Shown here one piece after another: positions 45,801 through 53,496 of a stretch of DNA of 64,000 bases; position 1 is the stretch's first letter, and each line of letters starts with the position of its first letter. The notes beneath the pieces are model-generated. The model made no database searches, was not told where the DNA came from, and saw nothing but the letters and a program-made list of their open reading frames with translations. Origin of the DNA: Bacteroidota bacterium (lineage in GTDB: Bacteria; Bacteroidota; Bacteroidia; 2-12-FULL-35-15); NCBI GenBank assembly GCA_947469885.1, contig CANIQT010000016.1, positions 19,213 to 83,212 of the forward strand. Reading direction: 5' to 3'. Made by a program: the position numbers and the translations under genes.

Positions 45801-47327
45801 TTGTTGTAATAGTAGTTGAGACAAAATATTTCCCGATTTATCATCTGCAAATGAAAGTAACTGGTCGTTTACTACGGACATTGAAAGATTGGCAGGCATA
45901 GGCATTCCGCGCTCATCTTTTACTGTCAAAGTCATTTTTACTTTTTCTCTTGGCAGGTATTTTTCTTTATCTGTGGCAACAGATATACTTAATTGTTTGT
46001 CTTTATTAACAAAAGCCAATCGCTCGGCACGGGCAATTCCTTTTGAATCGAACAAGGTAATTTGAGAAACTCCTATCGGGAAATAAGAAGTCGGAAACAC
46101 AATTTTATTCCCACCTTTTTTTACATTCACGGCAGTGGAATAATAAATCTTTCCTCTTACCTGTGCTACTAATGATAATTCTTCCGTTTCTGTAGTATTA
46201 ATATTTACCGCTACTTCCGAAGGTTTGGAATTATCCACATTCAATAAATATCCTCTTGCAAATGTTTCTGGTAATGGAAATGTTTCTTTAATTCCTTCGG
46301 GTTTCAAAATCTTTGCAACATACTTTTGATTTGCATTTGGCACAAAACTAAATGCTCCCATTCCCTGGTGATAACTGCTGAATGTTGCAACTTGTAAGCC
46401 CATTTCGCTTACTACTACTCCTTCAACATCAGCAGGTTTATCAAATTCATTCATTGCACGGAAAGCTACTTTGCTTTCCAAACCATTAACCAAATCGCCA
46501 CCTTCGGGGAACATGTCGAATTTTATTTTATTCAGAATAATGGGAATGGAACGGGAAACACTTTCGGTGCTTCCGTTATAATCAATCATTACATTTAATA
46601 AACCATCGTTTATTTTTAGTTCTTTGGGTAAATTAAAATGAATGTATTTAATTCCGGCTTCGTCTGTAATATCTGCTTTGGTTAATAATTGTTTTCCATC
46701 CAAATTTGCAACAAAATTTATTTTATAATTGGCAAGTGGTTTATTTTCATTAGTGTTCAATTCTAATTTTGCTACTACTTCATCGCCTGCACCAAATGCT
46801 TTGCGTTTGAAATCCAGTTTCATTTTTAAATTGGGTAAGACTACATCCTGCACTTGGAGTTCTTTTTCGAATGCTGCATTGACATCTTCGTTTTTCATCC
46901 AGTTGGTGTATGCTCTTACTTTATACATTCCACCAGGTGCTTCTTTGTCCAAAGTAAAGTCACCGGAAGCAATTCCATTTTTTGCAATGATGTAAATTGT
47001 TTTTTCGATGGTGCCTTTTGGATTTAGAAATTCCACATGGACAATGTCACTTTTGGAAGAAGTTTTCATTGTTGCTGCATCACGAACATAAGCCCCGAAC
47101 CAGATATTGTCTCCCGGTTCGTAAAAGGGTTTGTCGAATTGAACATAGAGCCGGTCTTCTGGCATTTGTTCATTAAAACCGGTGAGTTTCTTTTTCAAGG
47201 CACGAATAAAATCATTATCCTGAGCCAACTCATAATAATTTCCCGGATTAATCCAGGCTACTAACGCCAATAATGCAATGCTTAGCAATGCAATTGGCAA
47301 CATTTTTTTGAAATTTAATTTTTTCAT
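42816..47327 (-). CDS. Alpha-2-macroglobulin-family protein with thioester motif
   Basis: It has an N-terminal signal anchor, MG-like beta domains and a CarboxypepD_reg-like segment (SGIIMDAATGKPLPSAKIKI). The thioester motif GCFEQ is at nt 44235-44249, followed by a terpenoid-cyclase-like helical domain. A charged low-complexity insert lies at about 45050-45410. Confidence 0.75.
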   Translation of the reverse strand: MKKLNFKKMLPIALLSIALLALVAWINPGNYYELAQDNDFIRALKKKLTGFNEQMPEDRLYVQFDKPFYEPGDNIWFGAYVRDAATMKTSSKSDIVHVEFLNPKGTIEKTIYIIAKNGIASGDFTLDKEAPGGMYKVRAYTNWMKNEDVNAAFEKELQVQDVVLPNLKMKLDFKRKAFGAGDEVVAKLELNTNENKPLANYKINFVANLDGKQLLTKADITDEAGIKYIHFNLPKELKINDGLLNVMIDYNGSTESVSRSIPIILNKIKFDMFPEGGDLVNGLESKVAFRAMNEFDKPADVEGVVVSEMGLQVATFSSYHQGMGAFSFVPNANQKYVAKILKPEGIKETFPLPETFARGYLLNVDNSKPSEVAVNINTTETEELSLVAQVRGKIYYSTAVNVKKGGNKIVFPTSYFPIGVSQITLFDSKGIARAERLAFVNKDKQLSISVATDKEKYLPREKVKMTLTVKDERGMPMPANLSMSVVNDQLLSFADDKSGNILSQLLLQQDLNDKVEEPAFYFDKKEVKADLALDYLLMTSGWRRFTWEKLQGDNLPVVAYQPERAIVSGIIMDAATGKPLPSAKIKINAGAEYETDENGKFIFNKLDLSNPLNLTMSKNAYTSAVQAVNNYGENQVYYLYPANYNYYGYYGGGAGGMGKAEGRVQMDEMANIPMAAARVENVEIAAREEGKMAVDKIDEPRRVMQRHEGKKDKKAKGEEAVAANQNVVMANPMQVQSETKAVEKNEKKPLLKVNDNRNARFARDADFEIADDDQKNLNEFAKQQAVIVAPVYYRARQFAAPVYDKQETVETRTDFRNTIYWNPNVEVDRTGMKTVEFYASDDITSFRTTVEGVASDGSVGRAEATIFTQLPFAMSTKIPVEVATEDNVSIPLTLKNNTDKPLGGVITITSPNGLKSLVEVPSVQTIMPGKAKTIYLDYKVLDKIGYGDFTISFKSCGLGDAFTQKIKIAPKGFPVNASFSGQEVEKEYSFDMSNVVNGSLKASFTAYPNVVSDLMKGVEGILREPYGCFEQTSMSSYPNAMVLDYLKSTDSKDDKTLSRAGDLLDKGYKRLITFETKDRGYEWFGSNPGHEALTAYGLMQFNDMERAGEKVDKKMMERTANWLFSRRDGDGGFKRNAQALDNFGRARKEITDAYIVYALSEAGFTDVKKEFTSSYNYAMKSKDPYVLGLVACSAYNLKENAKADEALDLLLTKQEKNGSWTGAEHSITYSTGQSLTIETTSLAVMAIIKSGNRNANSMSNAVKFIVGSRSGYGEFGNTQGTILALKALTEYAKASKKTNEDGTIAIYVDGKKVVDKSYKAGEKEAIVIDNIEQYISGDGQHNLKVKYIGVKTPLPYSVAVSWNTTLPSSAKECAVNFTTTMSSKTANVGETVRLSATLTNRENKGIPSTMAIIGIPAGFTVQPWQLKEMQEKKVFDYYEVAGNNIAIYYRCMAPNAVKEINLDLKAEMPGEYDAPASSAYLYYTNEYKTWSGMDRIKISKAKI

Positions 47328-47485
47328 TTTAATTAATTTTAAGGTTAAACATTAAACTGTCTATATATAAGATGCAGGTTTTGGTGAAATTCCATAAAGG
47401 GGGTGAAAATAAATTTTAGAATTGTTGAATTTCAGCCAAGTAGTTTTTATTTTCACTCAACTATTTTTTATATAATAGTTATTGT

Positions 47486-47493
47486 TAAATTTG
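47486..47493 (+). promoter_or_regulatory. Candidate Bacteroidota -7 box (TAAATTTG) for etfB
   Basis: It matches TAnnTTTG 35 nt upstream of the etfB ATG. No clear -33 TTTG was seen. Confidence 0.3.
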
Positions 47494-47527
47494 CGCTTCG
47501 TTAAAAAAAAATAATAAAAAATAGTGT

Positions 47528-48268
47528 ATGAAAATATTAGTTTGTATTAGCAATGTGCCCGACACGACTACAAAAATTAGTTTTACGAACGATAATACCA
47601 CCTTTAATTCGGCTGGTGTTCAGTTTGTGATTAATCCTTTTGATGAGTGGTATGCGTTGGTTCGTGCTTTGGAATTGAAGGAGGCGCAAGGTGGAAATGT
47701 TACTATTCTTCATGTTGGAGATGCTTCGAGTGAAGCTACCATAAGAAAAGGGTTGGCAATTGGGGCTGATGATGCTGTTAGGATTGATGGGGAGCCGAAT
47801 GATGCTTTTGCTGTGGCTGAACAAATAGCTGCTTACGCAAAGGATAAAGGGTTTGATTTGATATTGGCAGGTAAGGAAACTATTAATTATAATGGTTCGA
47901 TGGTGGGTGCTATGGTGGCGGAATTGATGGGTTTACCATTTGTTTCGCTGGCTACTAAACTTGATATAGCGAATGGAGTAGCAACTGTGGAGCATGATAT
48001 TGATGGTGGTACTGAAGTTTTAGAATGTGCTTTACCACTGGTTCTTTCGGCAAATAAAGGAATGGCGGAAGCGAGGATTCCTAATATGCGTGGCATTATG
48101 GCTGCACGGACGAAACCATTGATTCAGTTGGCTGCTACAGGTGCTGATAAACTGACTTCAATAACTTCGTATGAATTGGCAAAAGGAAGAACCGAGTGTA
48201 AGTATGTTGATGCTTCATCTCCAGAAAAACTAATTGAGCTTTTGCATACAGAAGCGAAAGCAATATAG
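47528..48268 (+). CDS. etfB: Electron transfer flavoprotein beta subunit
   Basis: It begins MKILVCISNVPDTTTKI, has the typical size, and is followed by etfA. Confidence 0.9.
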   Translation: MKILVCISNVPDTTTKISFTNDNTTFNSAGVQFVINPFDEWYALVRALELKEAQGGNVTILHVGDASSEATIRKGLAIGADDAVRIDGEPNDAFAVAEQIAAYAKDKGFDLILAGKETINYNGSMVGAMVAELMGLPFVSLATKLDIANGVATVEHDIDGGTEVLECALPLVLSANKGMAEARIPNMRGIMAARTKPLIQLAATGADKLTSITSYELAKGRTECKYVDASSPEKLIELLHTEAKAI

Positions 48269-48298
48269 TTCATTAGTCATTGGTCATTAGTCATTGGG
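48269..48298. repeat. Heptanucleotide tandem array (TCATTAG/TCATTGG)
   Basis: Sequence is ttcattagtcattggtcattagtcattggg, directly after the etfB stop. Confidence 0.8.
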
Positions 48299-48350
48299 TA
48301 TGACTTGAAATAACAATTTAACAATACAACAATTTAACAATTTAAAATTT

Positions 48351-49319
48351 ATGTCAGTTTTAATATATACAGAAATTTCGAAAGGAAAAGTAAAGAAGTC
48401 TTCGCTTGAGGCGGTGAATTACGGAAGCAGAATGGCTGCCCAATTAAATACAACTGCTACGGCAGTCGTTGTTGGGGATGCGGATGTAAGTGATTTGGGA
48501 AAAGCAGGTGCTAAAAAAGTACTGAGACTGAAGAATGATAAACTTGTAAATCTTGATGGACAATATTTGACATCGGCTATAGAGCAGGCTGCAAAAGCAG
48601 AGGGTGCAAGCATTATTATTTTTTCTCATGATTTTACAGGAAAAGAAGTTGCGCCAAGGTTAGCTGCAAAGTTAAAAGCAGGAATAGTGGCGGGTGCTGT
48701 TGGGAATCCAGTTATTTCGGGAAATTCATTTACAGTAAAGAAAAATGTGTTTTCCGGAAAAGCGATTGCAACCTATTCTATTCATTCGGATAAAAAAATA
48801 ATTTCTTTGTTGCCTAATTCATTTCCTGTGGAACTTGGTGATGGAACTGCCGAAGTGGTTGATTTTGCAGTTAACCTGGATGGAGTAAATTCTTCTATAA
48901 AAATAAAAGAAGTAAAAAAAGACACTTCGGAATTAAATCTGACAGATGCAGAATTGGTTGTATCAGCAGGACGAGGAATGAAAGGACCGGAAAACTGGGG
49001 AATGATTGAAGAGCTTGCAAAGGAGCTTGGTGCGGCAACAGCCTGCTCTCGCCCGGTAGCAGATATGGATTGGAGACCACACCATGAACATGTGGGACAA
49101 ACAGGAATTGCAATTCGCCCTAACTTATATATTGCTATTGGTATCTCGGGCGCAATACAACATTTGGCGGGAGTAAACGGAAGTAAAACGATTGTGGTAA
49201 TTAATTCGGATAAAGAAGCACCGTTTTTTAAATCGGCTGATTATGGAATTGTTGGAGATGCGTTTGAAATTGTACCGAAATTGATAGAAGCAGTGAAGAA
49301 GTTTAAAGCGAATCAATAA
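48351..49319 (+). CDS. etfA: Electron transfer flavoprotein alpha subunit
   Basis: The C-terminal FAD-binding region reads ELVVSAGRG...YIAIGISGAIQHLAGV...IVVINSDKEAPFF. Confidence 0.9.
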   Translation: MSVLIYTEISKGKVKKSSLEAVNYGSRMAAQLNTTATAVVVGDADVSDLGKAGAKKVLRLKNDKLVNLDGQYLTSAIEQAAKAEGASIIIFSHDFTGKEVAPRLAAKLKAGIVAGAVGNPVISGNSFTVKKNVFSGKAIATYSIHSDKKIISLLPNSFPVELGDGTAEVVDFAVNLDGVNSSIKIKEVKKDTSELNLTDAELVVSAGRGMKGPENWGMIEELAKELGAATACSRPVADMDWRPHHEHVGQTGIAIRPNLYIAIGISGAIQHLAGVNGSKTIVVINSDKEAPFFKSADYGIVGDAFEIVPKLIEAVKKFKANQ

Positions 49320-49365
49320 AACAATTGTTGAATTTTAGATTTTTAGAATTTTAGAATTAATTGGG

Positions 49366-49959
49366 GTGAAAAAAATAAAACTTGAAATAGTAAATTTGAC
49401 TTACAGTCAGGCTCAGACTGGGGCTTATGTGCTAGTGCTTGGAGAAACGAAGGGTGCTAAACGAAGATTGCCTATTGTGATTGGTGGATTTGAAGCACAA
49501 GCTATTGCTATTGAGTTGGAAAAAATGACTCCAAGCCGACCGCTGACACATGATTTGTTTAAAAGTTTTGCTGATGGATTTAATATTATGGTGAGTGAAG
49601 TAATTATTTACAATTTGGTAGAGGGAATATTTTATGCAAAAGTTGTTTGCAATAGTGATGGAAAAGAAATGGAACTAGATGCACGTACTTCAGATGCCAT
49701 TGCTTTGGCTGTTCGCTTTGGCTGCCCTGTTAATACTTACGAATCTATTTTAGCAAAAGCTGGAATTCTGCTGGACGATGAATCTGTTCCTGGAACTGAT
49801 GTTGCAAAAATGGAAGATTTGATGGAAGTAGAGGAAAATGATTTCTTAAGAAAATCAACTGAAGAATTGACCATGTTGCTTGAAAAAGCATTGAATGATG
49901 AAGACTATGAACGTGCTTCAAAAATCAGGGACGAATTAAATAATCGAAAAAAATCATAA
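49366..49959 (+). CDS. Bifunctional nuclease (DUF151) with C-terminal UVR motif
   Basis: It has RRLPIVIGGFEAQAIAIELE...RPLTHDL and EDYERASKIRDEL. Confidence 0.75.
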   Translation: MKKIKLEIVNLTYSQAQTGAYVLVLGETKGAKRRLPIVIGGFEAQAIAIELEKMTPSRPLTHDLFKSFADGFNIMVSEVIIYNLVEGIFYAKVVCNSDGKEMELDARTSDAIALAVRFGCPVNTYESILAKAGILLDDESVPGTDVAKMEDLMEVEENDFLRKSTEELTMLLEKALNDEDYERASKIRDELNNRKKS

Positions 49960-49999
49960 ACCTCACCTCATAGCACTCTACACACCTTATAAAAACTAA

Positions 50000-51256
50000 A
50001 TGAACATTAAGATTCGCCTCATACTAATGAGTTTCCTGCAGTTTTTTGTTTGGGGTGCATGGCTAATTACTGTTGGAAATTATTGGTTTGCTACTAAACA
50101 ATGGAGCGGGGCTGAGTTTGGTGCCATCTTCTCCACACTTGGACTTTCTTCCCTCATTATGCCAGCGTTAACTGGGATAATAGCCGACAAATGGATTAAT
50201 GCCGAGAAACTTTACAGAATACTGCATATACTGGGAGGTTTGTGTCTTTTTTATATTCCCCATGTTGATAATCCTTCTTCATTTTTTTGGGTAATATTTG
50301 CGGCAATGCTTTGTTATATGCCCACTATTTCTTTGTCTAATTCCATTGCTTATTCTATTTTAAAAAACAATAATTTTGATGTGATAAAAGTATTTCCACC
50401 TATTCGTGTTTGGGGAACTATTGGATTCATTGCTGCCATGTGGCTAACCAATCTTTCGGGAAATAAAGCTTCTGCAAATATGTTTTACATTTCGGCAGTT
50501 TCGGCAATTTTTTTAGGAATATACTCTTTTACATTACCTAAATCTCCACCACAAAAACTCATCTCAGAAAATTCAACGTTGATTCAAAAAATGGGGTTGG
50601 ATGCGTTTAAACTTTTTGGTACTTCTAAAATTGCGTTGTTTTTTATTTTCTCGATGTTTTTGGGCGCTGCGTTGCAATTAACCAACATGTATGGTGATAC
50701 TTTTCTTTCCGACTTTGCGAAAATTCCCGAATACGAAAGTTCGTTTGTAGTGAAATATTCTACCATAATAATGTCCATCTCTCAAATTTCTGAAACACTT
50801 TTTATTTTGGCAATTCCTTTTTTTCTGAAAATATTTGGAATAAAACAAGTGATGTTATTCTCGATGCTTGCGTGGGTGCTTCGTTTTGGATTATTTGCTT
50901 TTGGCGACCCTTCCGCAGGTTTGTGGATGATAATTATGTCGTGTGTTGTTTACGGAATGGCATTCGATTTCTTTAATATTTCGGGCTCTTTATTTATTGA
51001 AACTTCTACTGATTCGAAAATTCGTTCGAGTGCACAGGGTTTATTTATGATGATGACAAATGGCTTGGGTGCAATTTTGGGAAGTGCTGTTAGTGGCTTC
51101 GCAATTGATAAATATTTCACCATTAACGGGGCAAAGGACTGGCAAATGATTTGGATTTCGTTTGCAATTTATGCTTTGATTCTTGCTATTGCATTTGCAA
51201 TTTTATTCAAACATAAACATGAGCCGGAAAGAATAACTTCAATTAAGCATTCGTAA
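50000..51256 (+). CDS. NupG/XapB-type MFS nucleoside permease
   Basis: It begins RLILMSFLQFFVWGAWLITVGNYW and has 12 predicted TM segments. Confidence 0.75.
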   Translation: MNIKIRLILMSFLQFFVWGAWLITVGNYWFATKQWSGAEFGAIFSTLGLSSLIMPALTGIIADKWINAEKLYRILHILGGLCLFYIPHVDNPSSFFWVIFAAMLCYMPTISLSNSIAYSILKNNNFDVIKVFPPIRVWGTIGFIAAMWLTNLSGNKASANMFYISAVSAIFLGIYSFTLPKSPPQKLISENSTLIQKMGLDAFKLFGTSKIALFFIFSMFLGAALQLTNMYGDTFLSDFAKIPEYESSFVVKYSTIIMSISQISETLFILAIPFFLKIFGIKQVMLFSMLAWVLRFGLFAFGDPSAGLWMIIMSCVVYGMAFDFFNISGSLFIETSTDSKIRSSAQGLFMMMTNGLGAILGSAVSGFAIDKYFTINGAKDWQMIWISFAIYALILAIAFAILFKHKHEPERITSIKHS

Positions 51257-51264
51257 TTGTTCAC

Positions 51265-51823
51265 AATTGCCACGACCTTTAGGTCGTGGTTGAATCATAA
51301 ATAAATAATCGGCTTTAGCCAAACAAATAATCTCCATGCCATTTGTCAAAGTAATGATTCATTATATTTGGGCTACTAAAAATAGAACTCCAATTATTAA
51401 TCATGAATTAAAATACTTACTTTTAAACCACATTAAAGAAAACAGTTTATCAAAAGAGATATTTATTGATACATTAAATTGTGTTGAAGACCATATTCAT
51501 CTTTTGGTTTCTTTAGGAAAAGAACAAAGTATTTCAAAAGTTGCAATGTTGATAAAAGGAGAATCTTCTTTTTGGGTAAATAAACAAAAAATAATTTCCG
51601 GAAAGTTTGAATGGCAAGATGAATATATTGCATTGTCTGTAAGTGAATCGGGAATTGAGAAAGTAAGGCAGTATATTTTGAATCAGGAAGAGCATCATAA
51701 AAAGAAAACATTTGCTCAGGAATACGATGAGTTTTTGAAGATTCATGGGTTTAATAAAGGATAGGGTTTGGCTAAAGCCAAATTTTAAATGAATTTAATT
51801 CCACGACCTGAAGGTCGTGGCAA
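51265..51823 (+). mobile_element. REPtron: rayT flanked by inverted REP units
   Basis: The left flank is aattgCCACGACCtttaGGTCGTGG-N-ggctttagccaaac. The right flank is gtttggctaaagcc-N-CCACGACCtgaaGGTCGTGGcaa, its inverted copy. Confidence 0.85.
51336..51764 (+). CDS. rayT: REP-associated tyrosine transposase (RAYT, IS200/IS605 Y1 HUH family)
   Basis: It has the HUH motif in DHIHLLV and the catalytic-Tyr helix VRQYILNQEEHHKK. Size is 142 aa. Confidence 0.85.
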   Translation: MPFVKVMIHYIWATKNRTPIINHELKYLLLNHIKENSLSKEIFIDTLNCVEDHIHLLVSLGKEQSISKVAMLIKGESSFWVNKQKIISGKFEWQDEYIALSVSESGIEKVRQYILNQEEHHKKKTFAQEYDEFLKIHGFNKG

Positions 51824-51850
51824 ATGAAATGGAATAAATATTTTATTATA

Positions 51851-52645
51851 ATGAAACAATACCACGATTTAATGCGCCATGTTTTGGATAAAGGCGCAAC
51901 CAAAACAGACCGGACCGGAACGGGAACCAAAAGTGTGTTCGGTTATCAAATGCGATTTGATTTGCAGGAGGGTTTCCCGATGTTGACAACAAAAAAACTT
52001 CACCTAAAATCTATTCTTCACGAATTGCTGTGGTTTTTGAAAGGAGATACCAATATTCAGTATTTAAAAGAAAACGGAGTAAGAATATGGGATGAATGGG
52101 CCGATGAAAACGGAAATCTTGGACCAGTGTATGGTTCGCAATGGCGGAGCTGGCAAGGTGCTGATGGAAGAACTTTTGACCAGATAACTCAAGTTGTAAA
52201 TCAAATTAAAACTACGCCCGACAGCAGGCGAATGATAGTGAGTGCATGGAACGTAGGCGAAATTGATAAAATGAAATTACCTCCTTGTCATGCGTTCTTT
52301 CAGTTTTATGTTGCAGATGGAAAGTTGAGTTGCCAGTTGTATCAGCGCAGTGCAGATATATTTTTGGGAGTTCCTTTTAACATTGCTTCTTACGCTATTC
52401 TTACTTTAATGATTGCACAGGTTTGCAATCTAAAGCCCGGAGAATTTATTCATACGCTTGGTGATGCACATCTTTATTCCAATCACATAGAACAAGCCAA
52501 CCTTCAACTATCACGCGAGTTTCGAAAACTGCCAACTTTGAAAATAAATCCCGAGGTAAAAGATATTTTTGGGTTTAAGTTTGAAGATTTTATGTTGGAA
52601 GGTTATGACCCACATCCTCATATTAAGGCAGATGTTGCTGTTTAA
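51851..52645 (+). CDS. thyA: Thymidylate synthase
   Basis: It has [19 protein letters not shown] and [11 protein letters not shown] (catalytic Cys). I moved the start to 51851 by N-terminal collinearity with E. coli ThyA. Confidence 0.95.
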   Translation: MKQYHDLMRHVLDKGATKTDRTGTGTKSVFGYQMRFDLQEGFPMLTTKKLHLKSILHELLWFLKGDTNIQYLKENGVRIWDEWADENGNLGPVYGSQWRSWQGADGRTFDQITQVVNQIKTTPDSRRMIVSAWNVGEIDKMKLPPCHAFFQFYVADGKLSCQLYQRSADIFLGVPFNIASYAILTLMIAQVCNLKPGEFIHTLGDAHLYSNHIEQANLQLSREFRKLPTLKINPEVKDIFGFKFEDFMLEGYDPHPHIKADVAV

Positions 52646-52655
52646 TTTTTAAAAT

Positions 52656-53159
52656 ATGATTTCAATTATTGTTGCTGTTGCCGAAAATGGCGTTATCGGA
52701 AAAGATAATTCCTTAATTTGGCATTTGCCGGTAGATATGAAATTTTTTAAGGATACCACTTTGGGGCATTGTGTGATTATGGGACGGAAAAATTATGAAT
52801 CTATTCCCGAAAAATTTCGCCCGTTTTCTAACCGGACCAATATTGTGGTTACTCGTCAAAAAGAGTTTCATGCTCCCGGTACGATTGTGGTTGACTCAAT
52901 AGAAAAAGCAATTGAAGCTGCCAAACAAACCAACGATTCCGAAATTTTTATCATTGGCGGAGCCGAAATATATAAACAAACATTACCTCTTACCGGTAGA
53001 ATTTATCTTACCCGAATCCATCATTCTTTTGATGGTGATACTTTTTTTCCGGAAATTAATTTGAATGAATGGAAGGAAATTGACAGAAAAAAAGGGATTG
53101 TTGATGAAAAAAACATTTACCCGCACGATTTTATTGTTTATGATAAAATATACTCTTAA
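52656..53159 (+). CDS. folA: Dihydrofolate reductase
   Basis: It has ISIIVAVAENGVIGKDNSLIWHLPVDMKFFK, GRKNYESIP and IIGGAEIY. Confidence 0.92.
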   Translation: MISIIVAVAENGVIGKDNSLIWHLPVDMKFFKDTTLGHCVIMGRKNYESIPEKFRPFSNRTNIVVTRQKEFHAPGTIVVDSIEKAIEAAKQTNDSEIFIIGGAEIYKQTLPLTGRIYLTRIHHSFDGDTFFPEINLNEWKEIDRKKGIVDEKNIYPHDFIVYDKIYS

Positions 53160-53180
53160 CAAGGATTAGGGAAGAATAGT

Positions 53181-53404
53181 CCTGCTCGAACTGGATAGCA
53201 AGTTGGACTCTCACATGAGCATCCAGCTCTTACTGGGACGTCATGTGTTCTTTCGTATGACCATCCAGTTCCTACAGGAACGCCATCTGTTCCTTCGTAT
53301 GACCATCCTGCTCGTGCAGGAACGTCATGTGCTACTTAGTATGACCATCCTGCTCGTGCAGGATGGTCATGTGCCCGGTCAATGTGGCATCCAGTTCGAA
53401 CAGG
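53181..53404. repeat. G+C-rich array: four 42-bp tandem units plus partial inverted/direct end units
   Basis: The units are at 53215, 53257, 53299 and 53341 (atgaccatcctgctcgtgcaggaacgtcatgtgctacttagt). One is a perfect 13-bp-stem palindrome (atgaccatcctgc-tcgt-gcaggatggtcat). The flanks cctgctcgaactggat and atccagttcgaacagg are inverted copies. Confidence 0.85.
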
Positions 53405-53460
53405 AGCTCTGATTTTCTAAATTTACTTCTCCACTAACCCAAATTCTCTTCCCCTTTTCC

Positions 53461-53496
53461 AACTAATCACCTATTTACCAATGACTAATGAACTAT
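53461..53496. repeat. Heptanucleotide array (CTAATGA/CCAATGA orientation)
   Basis: Sequence is aactaatcacctatttaccaatgactaatgaactat. It overlaps the stop codon of the TonB-dependent receptor. Confidence 0.6.

Noticed and set aside
51824-51850. Upstream ATG extension of thyA (MKWNKYFII)
   Set aside because: The extension starts 1 nt after the REP hairpin. The ThyA family N-terminus (MKQY..L...VL) begins at 51851.
53203-53412. 69-aa + strand ORF (MDSHMSIQLLLGRHVFF...)
   Set aside because: It is just the translation of the 42-bp tandem array, since 42 is divisible by 3. It has a 14-aa periodic low-complexity sequence, no plausible start context, and lies in a convergent intergenic gap.
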